Part shown: piece by piece, positions 1 through 13,823 of the stretch
Layout: the number at the start of each line of letters is the position of its first letter
Position numbering within the stretch: the first letter of the stretch is position 1
NCBI RefSeq assembly: GCF_963921235.1
Contig: NC_086097.1
Coordinates: forward strand, 176,330,001 to 176,394,000
Length of the DNA stretch: 64,000 nt
Direction: 5' to 3'
DNA from: Mobula hypostoma
Lineage: Eukaryota
Notes under the pieces: generated by a model
Told to the model about the DNA's origin: nothing
The model's database searches: none
Seen by the model: the letters and a program-made list of their open reading frames with translations, nothing else
Translations under genes and position numbers: made by a program

Positions 1-800
1 ACAATAATTAGTACCACAAAAGTAGATAACCAGATCATTATCTTTGTGGGAATTGCTTATTCATAATGTTTACACACTTAATAGCATAATTCCCCACATA
101 CCTCATTGACTTACAAAGTTCTTTGGGTGTCATGAAAGGGATTGTAAGGGCACTTTAACAATATAAGCTTTTTGTACTAACACCAGCATTTTTGTATCAA
201 ATTAATTGAGAAAAATGTTTTATGAATAAACAGTTTAATGTTGGACAGGTATCCTTTTTCTTGGAAGTCCCAACCTCTAATTTCAAGATCAGGTTCAAGT
301 TTTTATTGTCATAGGCACAGAATATAAATGCCATGATGGTTATTTTTTTTTGCAGCAACAGCACAGAGGGCAAATCAGTAAACATAAAGTTAACATTTGA
401 AGACTTTTTTTATTCAGTACTAAATAAATAAAACATATTTAAAATTAAGCCTATTTAATGGTTTCCTAGCATTTGATTAAGATACCAGACCAGCACAGAT
501 GTTGTAAATCCTGATCAAGAGATGGAAGTTCAAATCTTGCTATGGCATTTTGGGGAAGTTAAATTCAAGAAATTAAGTAAATCTGGAATAAGAAAAAACA
601 CATCTTGTTTGGCATGGTCAATATAGAACGTAAAGAATATTAATTATTCAATTAACTATTTAAATTAAACTAAATCCTTCTGCCAACATAATTTCAATTT
701 CCATATCTGCACATTTATCTTAAACCCCTCTGTCATATCGTTCTCCACCATCATCCTTCGCAGCACATTCCAGTCACCTACCACTTTGTGTGTGTATATA

Positions 801-1610
801 CAGTGGATTCTGGTTAATTGAGCCATTGGTTAATCGAGTCAGCCACTTATTTGGGATAACTCTTAAAAGAACAAAAGCAAATTGAGAAAATCACTGGGAT
901 TCCCTTTGTTTATTTGGGAGACTATGCCACTTAATTGGGGCAGGAGACTGTTGCTGAAGTTTCTAATTAATGTCTGTTGCATGCATTTGTGTAGCTGTTA
1001 AACACTACACAATGCTTGGAGCGAAACATTTTTAAATAATGTCAGTGCGTGTTTGTGTTCAAAAAGCATTGATTTTTGTCACTCTTAGCTGGCAAGAAGT
1101 GAGCAGCAAGACAAATTGGAACTGTTTTGCTCACTGCAGTTTCCAGCTTTCAGGCTTGGAGATGCCCAAATGGCCAGGAGTCAAAATGAAACAATTTCAC
1201 TACTTTAACAAATTAGGAACTATGAAAAATTTGAAGGTATCGGTAACCTTCAAGCAACCATCTTAAATGCTACAATGAAAATGAAGGTTTAGAGGATGAA
1301 GTTGTGGGAAGGTAGTCCATTATATGCATGAGGTGTCTCTGCTCATTTTGTTCCTTTCCAGTCAATGAAAAGAACATGGCAATGTACACTGATTTCCTCC
1401 GATAACTATGAGGAACTACAGTTTTATACTACTGTAGTAGTATTGTTAGTGTTCTAATTTGTTCTGTTTCATTTAAATACTTAATTTGTTACTCATGTAA
1501 ACAGTAGTTTGTCTTTATGTATTTCCATGAAACTTCAGGTAATTGCGGCAGCTGCTTAATTGGGCCAATATATACTGGTCCAATGTGTCCCAATTAGCCA
1601 AAATCCATTG
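801..1610. mobile_element. Non-autonomous Tigger/pogo-like (Tc1/mariner) DNA transposon nested in a CR1 fragment
   Basis: TIRs CAGTGGATTCTGGTTAATTG / CAATTAGCCAAAATCCATTG (17/20), TA on both sides; flanks rejoin into minus-strand CR1 sequence. Confidence 0.8.
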
Positions 1611-1899
1611 TATAAAAATACTTGTCTTGCATATCTTCTTTGAACTCATCACCTCTCACCTTAAATTCATTCTCCTCTAATATTAACATTTCAGTCCGAG
1701 GAAGTGGATACTGGCTGTCAAATGTAACTACACCTATCATAATCTTATAAGCTTCTATTGGGTCTCAACTCATCCTCTGCCATTCTAGAGAAAATAGCCC
1801 AAGTTTGTCCATCCTCTCCTTGTAACACAGTTTGGCACAGTATCAGTATTTTTGTAAGTGTTCAGTTTTACTGACCAGCTCATTTATCTATGTATCTAG

Positions 1900-2102
1900 T
1901 GGATCTGGATAATTGCCAACATGAAACTTTGCTGATCGGCACCAATGATCCTGATGTCAGTGTGGAGTTTGATGGCTCTTTGTATGCTGTTCGTGACTTC
2001 AATGTTACTTCTGGTCAAAAGACCTTTAACATTGAGCTGCAAGATTCAGTGACTCGGATCACTTGGCCTGTACAAGTCCAGCTACATCTTTGGCATTTAC
2101 AG
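1900..2102 (+). CDS. dsc: Desmocollin exon: cadherin prodomain (DLDNCQHETLLIGTNDPDVSVEFDGSLYAVR...WHLQ)
   Basis: tag acceptor 1897-1899, donor gtgagt at 2103; DPDxxVxxDGSxYA prodomain motif. Confidence 0.85.
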
Positions 2103-5100
2103 GTGAGTGGCAACTCTTAATCCTGGCCCAGTGTTAGATCACAGCTAGACAGTGGAGACAAAGGCTTTTGCGATGTTGGCCTTAATCACTTTGTATTTCA
2201 GTGATTTGGATGATGGAATTGATGGCTTTATTGAAAAGTTTGCGGATGAAGTGAAGGTAGGTGGAGGGGCAGGTAGTTTTGAGGAAGCAGAGAGGCTGCA
2301 GAAGGACTTGGTTAGGAGAATGGGTAAAGAAGTGGCAGATGGAATACAGTGTTGGGAAGTGTATGGTCATGCACCTTGGTAGAAGAAATGAAAGGGTTGA
2401 CCTTTTTGTAAATGCAGAGAAAATACAAAAATCTGAGGTGCAAAGGGACTTCGAATCCTTGTGCAGGATTCTCTAAAGGTTAGTTTGCAGGTTGAGTCTA
2501 TGGTGGGGTAGGCAAATGTGATGTTGGCATTTATTTCAAGAGGACTAGAATATAAAAGCAAGGATGTAATGTTGAGACTTTATAAAGCACTGGTGAGGCC
2601 TCACTTGGAGTACCTGTGAGCAGTTTTTAGCCTCTTAGAAAGGCTGTGCTTCAGCTGGAGAGGTTGCAAAGGAGATTCACAAAAATGATTCCAGGATTGA
2701 ATGGCTTGTCATATGAAGAGCATTTGATGGCTCTGGCCCTGTGTTCACCAGAACTCAAAAGGATGAGGGGTGACCTCACTGAAGCCTGTCGAATGGTGAA
2801 AGGCCTTGATAGAGAGAATGTTTCCTATGGTGGGAGTGTCTAAGACCAAAGGACACAAAGGGTGTGCTTTTCGAATGGAGATGAGGAATTTATTTAGTCA
2901 GAGAGTGGTGAATCTGTGGAATTTGTTGCCACAGGCAGCTGTGGAAGCCAAGTCTTTATGTATATTTAAGGCAGAGGTTGATAGATTCTTGACTGGTCAG
3001 GGCATGAAGGGATATGGGGGTGGGGGGGGGGGTGGCAGGAGATTGGAGCTGAGAGGAAAAACCCTGAGATTTGTTTTCTTGCGGACATGCACAATAAATC
3101 TAAGAAACACAATAGGATCAATGAAGATTGCACACAACAGGATGAACAAGCAAAAGACGAAGTGTACACTTACAAAAGAGAAACTAATAATATAAACAAT
3201 AAATATTAAGATCATGAGATGAAGAGTCCTTGAAAGTGAGTCCGTAGGTTGTGGGAACAGTTCAGCGATGGTGTCAGAGAAGAAATCTGCTCTAGCTTCA
3301 GACTGATGGTTGAGGGGTAATAATTACTTGTGAACCTGCTTGTGTGGGTCCAGAGGCACCTCTACAACCTTCCTAGTGGTAGCAGTGAGAATGAGCATGG
3401 CCTGAGTGGTGAGAATGCTACCTTCCTGCAACTGTTCTGTGTGGAGATGTGCTCAATAGTGAGGAGGACGTTACCCCTGATGGATTGGCCTGTGTTCATT
3501 ACATTTTGTAGCTGTTTCTGTTCAAGGGAAATGGTGTCTCCAGTGGTGCAGCCAGTCTGCATACTCTCTAACTCTCCATCACGCATCTGTAAAAGTTTTA
3601 GATGTCATGCTGAATCTTTGCAAATTTCTAAGGAAATTTTAGAGGCGCTGCTGTGGTTTCTTCGTTATTGCACTTGCATGCTGGACCCAGAACAGGACCT
3701 CTGAAATGATAACACATAGCATTTTAAAGTTGCTGACCCTCTCCACCTCTGATCCTCTCATGAGCATTGCCTCATGAATCTCTGGTTTCTTCCTCCTCAA
3801 GTCGCTAATCAACACCTTGGTCTTGCTGACATTGATTGAGAGGTAGTTGTTGTGGTACCATTCAGCCAGATTTTCAGTCTCCCTCCTATATGCTGATTCA
3901 TCACCAGCTTTGGTTTGACCAGTGACAGTGGTGTTATCTTCAAACTTATATATGACATTGGAGCCTCACAGTCATCAGTGTAAGGTGAACAGAGCAGGGG
4001 ATAAGCACACAATTCTGTGGTGTACCTGTGCTGATTGAGATTTTAGAGGAGATGTCTACATCCTGCTATTTCCCCACTTGTCCACGTGCAATGACTTCTG
4101 GCATTGCCTTAGCCTCTGGCGGACTGTACTGTAATAGTTCATCCTGTGCATGTGAAGAAGCCAGTAATCTGATGGCTGCATTCTAGCAGGGTTATCCAGG
4201 TATGTATAGCATAGCAACAGACACTTCAGCTCTGGATGTCTGTGCCAAACATAACGCCAAATTAAAAAACACTTGCCCGTTTCATTCCTTCCCCCCCCCC
4301 CCACCTGAAAGCTATTCCCTCTGATATTTAATATCTCTTCTCTCTCTTCCCCCACCCAGAGGAAACAACCTAAGTTTGTCCAGCCTCTCCTTATAGTTGA
4401 TGTCCTCTAATCCAGGCAATATTCTGCTGAACCTCTTCTGCACCTTTCCAAAGGCTCCGCATTCTTATTATGGAGAAAGCAGACCTGGAGATATAGCTGC
4501 AAGTGCGGCTAGATCAATGTTTTCTACATCACCATTCCTGATCTGTGCTCCATACCTTTCCTATTTGGCTCCATGCTCCACCTTGCTCTTCTATCAGGTC
4601 CCACCATCTGCAGTCTTCTGTCACCCCCACCTCTCACCTCCCAGCCTCTTGTTACTATTCCCACTAAGTTCCTCATCTCCATCTACCTACTACCTCTCCT
4701 CACCTGGATCCACCTATTACCTACCAGTTCCTGCCTCGCTCATTGCCCTTTCCTCTTTATACTAGCCATCTCCCTTCTGTTTCAGTCCGGATGAAGAGTT
4801 TCAACTCATTTCCCTTCATAAACCCGCTGAGTTCTTCTGTTTATCACTGGGTACTAGCATCTACTGTTTCTTTTGTCACCAGAAGTTTACCAGTAATCCG
4901 TTCTGTTTCAGTCTGTTCTTCAAAGGCAGAAGCGGCAGGCTGTTCCACTGCGCCGTCAGAAAAGACGTTGGAGACCTCGTCCCTTCACCATCACTGAGAA
5001 CGACATTGGTCCTTTCCCCAAGCATATTCAGTTTGTAAGTTGCAATGTTTATTTTTGTGTGAATAAATCTATATGTAAATGAGAGAAAATTGGACTTGAA

Positions 5101-8100
5101 AGTTTAGTGTTGAGTTGAATATACAAAAATGTTCAAGTATGCCATAACACATTGGAACAGCATTTGGTCATTCAGCCCATCGACTCCCTTCACCATTCGA
5201 TCATGGTGGTTTACTTTCCCTCTTAAACCCCATTCTCCTGCCTTCTCCACATAACGTTTGACCCCCTTACTAATCAAGAACCTATCAACTTCCGCTTTAA
5301 ATATATCCAACTGTCATCTACGGCAATAAATTCCACAGATTCAGCAACTGCTGGCGGAAGAAGTTCCTCCTCAGCTCTGTCCTAAAGGGACATCCTTGTA
5401 TTCTGAAGCTGTGCCCTCTCACACCTGAAAACATTTTCACCACTTCCACTTCATCCTGCTGTTCTAAAATTCTTGGGCGGACCCGTCAGACACCAGAGAT
5501 GAACTATTTATCTCTCAGTTTACCTTGTTGTGGCCTTTGCTCTTTATTTGCCCATCAATTATGCCCTTGGGTCTCCTGCCACCCACTTGCACCTAGAAAC
5601 AATCTACGGCAGCATTTAACCACCAACCAGCCTAGTCATAGTACACAGGAGAAAACAAGCCTGGGGGTGGTGTTGTAGGGGAAATGGGATCCACGTAGTC
5701 ACAGGAAGAATATGCAAACTCTACAGTCGTGTCTGCAGAAGTTGAAGTACTACCAATTGGGTGAGACTTGAAGCTGCATTTAATGATCGTAACCCAACAT
5801 TTTGGGTAAAGCAATAGTTCAGTGCCCAGATGAGTGATTGGAGACCAGGCATGAGCAGATGTAGACAGGATGGTATGAATAGCCTCCTGTAATGTGACAA
5901 TTTTCTTAGTGCAACATGCCTGTGGTTTCTAAAGGTCACCTTCCCTGGGGCCTTGTTAACACTGAGATTTTTGTGAATATGTTCTGAAGTCATAGGCCAC
6001 CACTCAGTATATCATGGAAGCCACCTAACTGTTCGTGGACACTTGTCAACACCTCTCACTGCCTAAGTAAAGCAGCCAGCAGAATTAAAGATCCTGCCCA
6101 CCCCAATCATTCGCTCTCCTCCCCACTCCCATCAGACAGAAGATGCCAAGGCCTGAGAGCACTTACCACCAGACTCGAGGACAGCTTCTACCCTAGTGTT
6201 ATGAATACTAAATTGATGTCTTGTGTGCTGAAGATGACCGCTTGATGTTCCAGTACACGTTGTCTATGCCCTTGCACCTTATTTGTCTACCTACACTGTC
6301 CTTTCTCTGAAACTAATACTATATTCTGTATTTTGCTTTCTTTATACTACCTCAATAGAATTATGTATGAAATGATCTGTCTGGATGGGACACACAGAAA
6401 AAATTTTTCACAGTATCACAAAAATAAACCTATACGAATACCTTGCAAACCTGATGGAGATGTTCTGTGCTGAACCTTCCTACTTTTATACTGCACACTC
6501 TTTTGCAAGTTGTTTTGTTTTTGTATACTGCAGTCTTTGTTAATGATGTGGTCTGCTTTGCATCAGAAAAGTGATTGGGTGACCATTTTGCAGAACAGCC
6601 ACAAGGGCTCTCAGTAGCCCTGTTTAATTCTCAATCCCTGTCCTACTCTGACTGCTTCCTTTGATTTGTTATGCTGTTTCAATGCAGCATGTCATAGACT
6701 CAAAGAACCTTCATGCATCTCTGAGTGGTGCATTATGTGCCTCTATCCTTAGCTTTGAGTTTATCAACTTCAAATAATCAGTAATTTCAGTCATGTATTT
6801 CAAATTACCAACATTCATTTTCTCTCCTCTGGTGACTTCTGATTTCATTCATCCCTCCCTAGTCACACTTAGTCCAGTGTGGTTTTTCACCACCACACTT
6901 AATTGTATCATTCAGTTTGCTTCTGCTCTCATCTCTTGGAGGCGTTCCTTTCCATTCCCTCCTAGTCTGTAACCCCATGTACGCTTCTCTCTGCAACATA
7001 AAATGAAAATGTTAACTACTCTATGCCCCACAGTTGCTGCCTGACCTTCTGAACATTTCCATTATTCTTATTTCCAACTTCCAGCATGTATTATAGTTTT
7101 TAACAAGTGCTTCAGAGCAAACTATCTCAAACTCTTTACATTTTTTCAGATAAGATCGGAATTTGAGAAAGACTATCCCAATATTATCTATGGATTATCA
7201 GGTGAAGGGGTTGAACGTCCTCCAATTGGCCTGTTATCTATAGACCCCAAAACTGGTGAAATTAAGGCATTGAGGAGTGTGGATCGAGAGCAATATCCAG
7301 TTTTGAAAGTAAGTATCCTTAGAGGACTTTTTATCTTGTTCTGGAAAAGAACCAGTTAGCCAGGGAGTGACACATTTTAATGACTCCATAGAGAAATGTA
7401 AAGTTTCCAATATGACCTTGTACCTTATTGTGAACCTGCACTGTATGTCTTTGTTTCTTTGTACATCAGTGCTCTGAAGGATCCTGCCATTTACGGTATA
7501 CTTAGTCTTGCATTTGAGCTGCCTAAATGCCGCACCTCTAGGATTAAAATTCATCTGCCCTTTTCTTCGCCCAAAGTACTAACTTGTGTGCCTCCTGCTG
7601 TATCCTTTGACATCCTTCCACAGCTCCACCAATTCTCATATCATCTGCAAACTTGTTAATCAGAACCTCTACATCAGCAGCATGGATCTGTTTACAAAAC
7701 CAGCCAACTGGTTCAGCACTCGTAGTATGTTGTTACATTCAATCATGCACAGATGTGAAAGTTCAGAATGTGCTACTAAGTTCAAAGTAAATGAATTGTC
7801 AAAGCACGTATGTTACCATATACTACCTTAAGATTCAGTTTCTTGTAGACATGTACAGGAAAAAATAAATACAATAGACTTATGAATAATTATTCATAAA
7901 CAGATAAAAACACTGGAAATCCAGAACAGCACCTGCAGAGCACTGGAGGAACTTGGCAGACCAGGCAGCCTGTATAGGGGGGAATAAACAGACTATTCCC
8001 CTTCATAGATGCTGCCTGACCTGCTGAGTTCCACAGGTGTTTTGTGCACATAGAAGGACTTGTGCACAAAGTCTGACAAAACTGACAAACAACCAATATG

Positions 8101-11100
8101 CAGAAGAAGACTAACTGGGTAAAATAAAAGTAATACTGAAAACGTAAGTTGTAAGGAGTCCTTGAAAGTGAGGTCGTATAAGTGAGGTAACATATTTCAC
8201 TATATGATAAGGTTTTTTTTCCTTTTTTCTTTCTTTACCAAACAGCTTTGATCTTGGTAGTGGGTTTAGATTTTTTTGTATAATAAATTATCATATTTCA
8301 ATATTGCGACTTAATTTACTTTACATGAATATAGGGTATTGAGATCGCAAGTGTGATTCAAATATAATGTATTTGGTATTTTCTCTTTTTTTGACTTGTA
8401 TATCTTGTACTCTGTATTCTTCTATGTAGAAATTAATAAAAAGACATTGAAAAAGGGGGGGAAAAAAGAAAGTGAGGTCATAGAATCAGTTCAGAGCAAT
8501 GGTGATTTGGGAGCCTGATGGCTGTAATTGTCCCTGAATTGTTCCTTGGGTGGTGTGGGACCTAAGGCTTGCCTATCTCCAACCTGATGGTAATAGTGAA
8601 AAGAGGCATGGCCTGGGTGGTGGGGTCTTTGATGGATGCTGCTTTCTTGTGGTAGTGTTCAATGTAAATATACCCAATGCAGTATCATCTAGCTTCTCTT
8701 TTCAATTACTCAGCTGAATGGATATGCAAGGAATTCCCCTGAGCTCTACCTTGATCTAACTATCAAAATTCTTGATGTGAATGATAATGTGCCTAAATTT
8801 ACTCAAGAGGTGTTCCAAGCAGAAGTACCTGAGTGTTCAGCAAATGGTAAGGATACATTGACTTAGAGCTTCTATAGTTCATTGCAAAAAAAAAATCGAT
8901 TTTGTAATCACCTGGTTAATTCTGTGCCGTGTCTACATTCTCACTCTGTCCCTTTATCCCTCCATAATGCATCAGTCTCAGGAAAAATCAATTGACTTTG
9001 TGGGGGGGGGGGAGGTGCAGAGAAAATTTACAAGGATGCTGTTGGGATTTGAGGACCAGAGTTATAGGGGTGTATTGAATAGGTGATGAATTGGAGTACA
9101 GGGTTATGAGGGGTGATTTTACAGAGATGTACAGAATTAAGGGGTATAGATAGGGTAAATGCATGCAGGCTTCTTGCCCTCAAGTTGGGTGAAGTCATAT
9201 GTTTAAGATGAAATATTAAGGAACACCTAAGGAGAAACTTCTACACTCTGGGGATGATGTGAGTTTGGAATAAGCTGCCAACAGAGTGGTACCTCTTCCT
9301 GAAGCCCACAATGAGCTCTTTGATCTTACTGACATTGAGTGTAAGCTGGCTATTGTGACACCACTCAACCAGCTGATCTGTCTCATTCCTGTATTCCTTC
9401 TTGTCACCAGCTGAAATTGTGCCAACAATAGTTGTATCCTTGCTCAGGCAGGAGCAGATTCTGGCCATGGTTAACTTGTCAAGGTATTTCATCCCAGTAG
9501 ATGAGTGCAAATAGGTGACGGTCATTGAGGCAGCTCACCCTGCTCTTGGGCACTGGGATGATCATTGCCCTCTTGAAGCGGATGGGGAAACTTCGATTGC
9601 ATCAGTGAGAGAGAGGAATTGAAGATGTCCTTGAACATTCCCACTAGTTGGTTGGCACAGGGTTTTAGTGCCCTACCAGGTACACCATCAGGGCCCGAAG
9701 CCTTGTCAGGGTTCACTCCTTGAAAGGTGTAAAGATTTTCTGACGTCAGCCTCCAATTCAAAGTTCACAGGTTCACCAGATGCTGCAGGGATCCTCATAG
9801 CTGTAGTTTTATTCTCCCTTTCAAACATCAATAAGAGGCATTGAGCTTATCTTGGAATGGGGCATCACAGCCATTCATGATAGATTTCGTATTGTAGCTG
9901 TTCTGGGACTTCTTCCAGGTGGCCTAGTTGAGATCCGCCGCAATGATCAGGAAGGCATCAGAGTGCGCTCTTTTATGAACTGCTAATCATGGTGCTAAAC
10001 TCCTTCAGTGCCTGCCTGACATTGACAAGAGGTGGAATGTACACCACTACTCCGATGGCAGCAAAAAAACTCCCTGGGCAGATAATATGGAGACAATTAA
10101 CCACTAGATGTTCCAGGTCGGGTGAACAGGATTGAGACAGAACTGCCACATCTGTGCATCATGATGAGTTGATCATAAGGCATACCCTACCTCTTCTACC
10201 TTTTCCTCTTCTACCTTTTTTATAAAAAAAGTGTTCTGTCTTTGCAGTGAATGGTGAAACTTTTCGGCTGCAGCCAATGCTGCATCCAAAATGGCAGAGG
10301 TGATTCAAATTTCCATTGAGCAAAGTACACAGCAATCCTTGATGTCCCTTTGTTACAACAATCTTACTCTGAAGCCTTCCGTTTTCTTTTCTGGAGACTA
10401 TATGTTCGCCAGCAGGATAGTTGGGAGTGGAGGTGGGGTCCAAATCCTTTACATTTCAATTGTTCCTATAGCCCAACGGGCTTCCCATGCTTCCTTTTTC
10501 TTAAAGGGGATCTGAATTCGTGACCAAGTATGCAGTCTGGGGTCCTCAGATTTTATGGATTGATAGATTTTTTTTAAAACAACCCTGCTTACCCTTGGCT
10601 TTGACCGTGGATTTCAGCTGTGGTGTCCTAAACGGGAATATTGGATGATTCCCATTGGACTGTATGGATTGGACTGTCACCACTTAATGGCTCCCTCCTG
10701 TCTGAGCAAGATGTTATTAAGCTGGTAAGAGTGTAGGAAAGATTTGCATGGATATTGTCAGGACTTGAGGGACTGTGTTATAGGGAGAGATTGACAGGTT
10801 AAGACTTTATTCCTTGGAGCATAGGAATCAGAATCAGATTTATTATCATTGATTTAAATGACATGAAATTTGTTTTGTGGCAGCAGTACAATGCAAAGAC
10901 ATAAGGTTACTATAAATTATAACCAGTTTTGAATGAGAGGAGTAATAACACAGTTCAAGGGTTTATGGACTGTTCAGAAATCTGACAGTGGGAGGGACAG
11001 AGAGATGATTTTGTAGAATTGTATAACCTCTTGAAGGGTGTAGATAGGGTAAATGTGCATAGTCTTTTCCCTAGAGTTGAGGAATCAAAATCAAGGGGAT

Positions 11101-13789
11101 GTAGGTTTAAGGTGAATGGGGGGGGGAGGGGCGGAGAAAGGTTCATAGGAGTTTGAGGAAAATCTTTTTTTTCCTTACACAAATAGTATCTATATTAAAT
11201 AAGCTTCCTGATGAGATGAGTGCTGGTAACATTTAAAAGACAATGTGCTGCAAGGCTCTGTGAAAACCGTGCTCTTGAAATTTTAGGTACTTCAGTGCTG
11301 AACCTTACTGCCACAGACTTGGATGAACCCCAAACTCTAAATACAATGCTAAAGTATAACATTCTGAGCCAGGTACCCCTCTCCAGATTTGGTCAACTCT
11401 TCTCTGTCAACGAAAAGACAGGTGAAATCAAAACCTACAGTGATAAGTTAAATCGAGAGGTAAGTTTTCTTCCATTCTACCTTGTATTTTGTGATTGTGG
11501 AACAAGAGTGTATGAATTACAGGCTGAACAGCCTGGGAAAGGAAAACTTGGCTTACTCCACCAAGCTGTTGAAAGTTTAGCCTCTGTTATTACTGTTACT
11601 CAGGATGGCTTTCTCTATCAATTGTTTTGTCAGTCAAAGCAGCACTGTAGCATGGTGGTTTTGTAGCTAGGGTTAGCACACAAAACACTGGAAGAATTCA
11701 GCAGGTCAGGGAGCACCTGGAAGGATGTGAACAGTCAACATTTCTGGCTGAGATCCTTCCTCAGAAATGGGGGTGGGGGGGTGGAGGGAAAGGAAAGGAG
11801 ATAGCTGGCATAAATTGGTTGGGAAAGGGGTGGATCAAAAGCTGCAAGGTAATGGGTGGATCCAGGTGAAGAGGGAAGAGTGTTTAGATGGGAGAGGGGG
11901 ATTGAGAATAATATGTAAAGCTGATTTTGAACCATTCTATTGTTTTGTACTCATCGTTTTTTTTATTAATGTTCCGTGTACTTCATGAGCTCTCACATGC
12001 ACTGAACTTCATTAAACCCTGGTGTAGATGACAAGAAATGGGTCTGATGAGCTGGGATTTCTCTACTTGGACCCTGCATAGAATTGATGTGGCCAGATGT
12101 TTGGTAATAAGAATGTGGACTATACACTAATGAGCACTTTTTAAATACGTAATGTTTAATCCATTCAGGAACACGAAACGTACAAGCTCACAGTTGAAGT
12201 CAGAGATATGGATGGGGCATCTTATGGATTACGCTCAACTGGGACCGTAGTTATCACAGTCACCGATATGAATGATCATGCACCAACATTCAAAAAGTCC
12301 GAAGTAAGTCTATCTCTGCAGTGTCATCAAAGCTTAGTTAAATAGGAAATAGTTGTCTGTATTTGGCACAGATCGTGGATCAGTTCATTGGAGGAGGGTA
12401 CAATTCTGCCCATTGTAGCTTCACGCTTTCTCTGTGAGAGCTCTTCTGTACATAAACCTTGGCTTCTTTCCCCACCACCAATTGTCCCTTTTCATTTCCG
12501 ATCCAATTCTGTCCTGAAACTTTTTGCTGTTTACCTCCGCAACTCCTTCAGGAAGTGAACCTCACGTCAAACAAAATTCATTGTGCTTAAAGATAAAGTT
12601 CTCTGCCTCCTTTCTTTAACTACATAGCTTCAATCTATCTAGAGTCATACACTAATACAGCATTGAGCCAGGCTGTTTGGCTCAACTTGTCCATGCTGAC
12701 CATAGTGCGGACCAACTAATCCCATTGCCCACTAAATCCTCTTACCCAAGTACTTGGTGAAATGTGATTTAATGTGGCATTTTTATATTGTACACAGAGC
12801 AGTACATCACAGTATGAGCCCTAAATTCCATAATTTGCCAATCTGTATGAACATACCCCATGATCAATTTATTCCTTCCTTCCTACACTCCATTTTTCTT
12901 ATATCCATGTAACTATCTAAGAGTCTCGTAAATGCCCCTACTATATCGGCCTCTACCAACACTGACAGTGCATTCCAGGCACCTCCCACTCGTGTGTTTA
13001 TATTTGGGGAAAAAAATAATAACTCCAACATTTGTCCTAAACTTTCCTCTACTCACCTTAAGATAAGGTATTCTAGTATTGGCCATTGCTGCCCTGGGAA
13101 AAATTCAGTGGCTGTCCACTTGATCTATGTCTCATCACGTACACCTCTATCAAGTCACCTCTCATCTTCCTTCACTCAAAAAGAGAGAAGCCCTAGCTCA
13201 TTCAAACTTCCCTCAAGGTACATCTATAGAAGTACAAATGTTTGTAGATTACTGAAAAATATCAAATAGCAGCAGAAACATAATTTTGAGACAAACTACA
13301 GCAAATAATCCCAGTTAAAAGTTTATTCTATCTTAAAATTGCCACTGTGCAACTGACTTCCATTATCTACACTCATTACATTTTCTTCTTTGTTGGATTA
13401 AGGAAACATGAATTTCTATTGCATCTTTCTCAATACTCTCCCATCTGCTCCCCCCACCTCCTTATTTGGTTCCATGCTCCATCTTCCTCTCCTATCAGAT
13501 TTCACTATCTGTGGCCCTTTGCTCCCTTGACCAATGATCTCCAGTCCTCTCGTATTTCTTCCCTCCTCTATCTGCCTATCATCCCTCTTCACCTGGACCC
13601 AACTATCACTGCCAGCTCAAGCTCCACCCTTTCCCTGCACCGTTTTATATTTGCTATCTTCCTTCTATCTTTCAGTCCAGATGGAGGGCCTTGAACAAAA
13701 ATATTGACTGTTTATTTTCCTCCACAGATACTACCTGACCTGTTGTCTCTCAAACATTTTGTTGCTCTAGATTCCAAAGACGTACGCGC

Positions 13790-13823
<34 letters not shown>

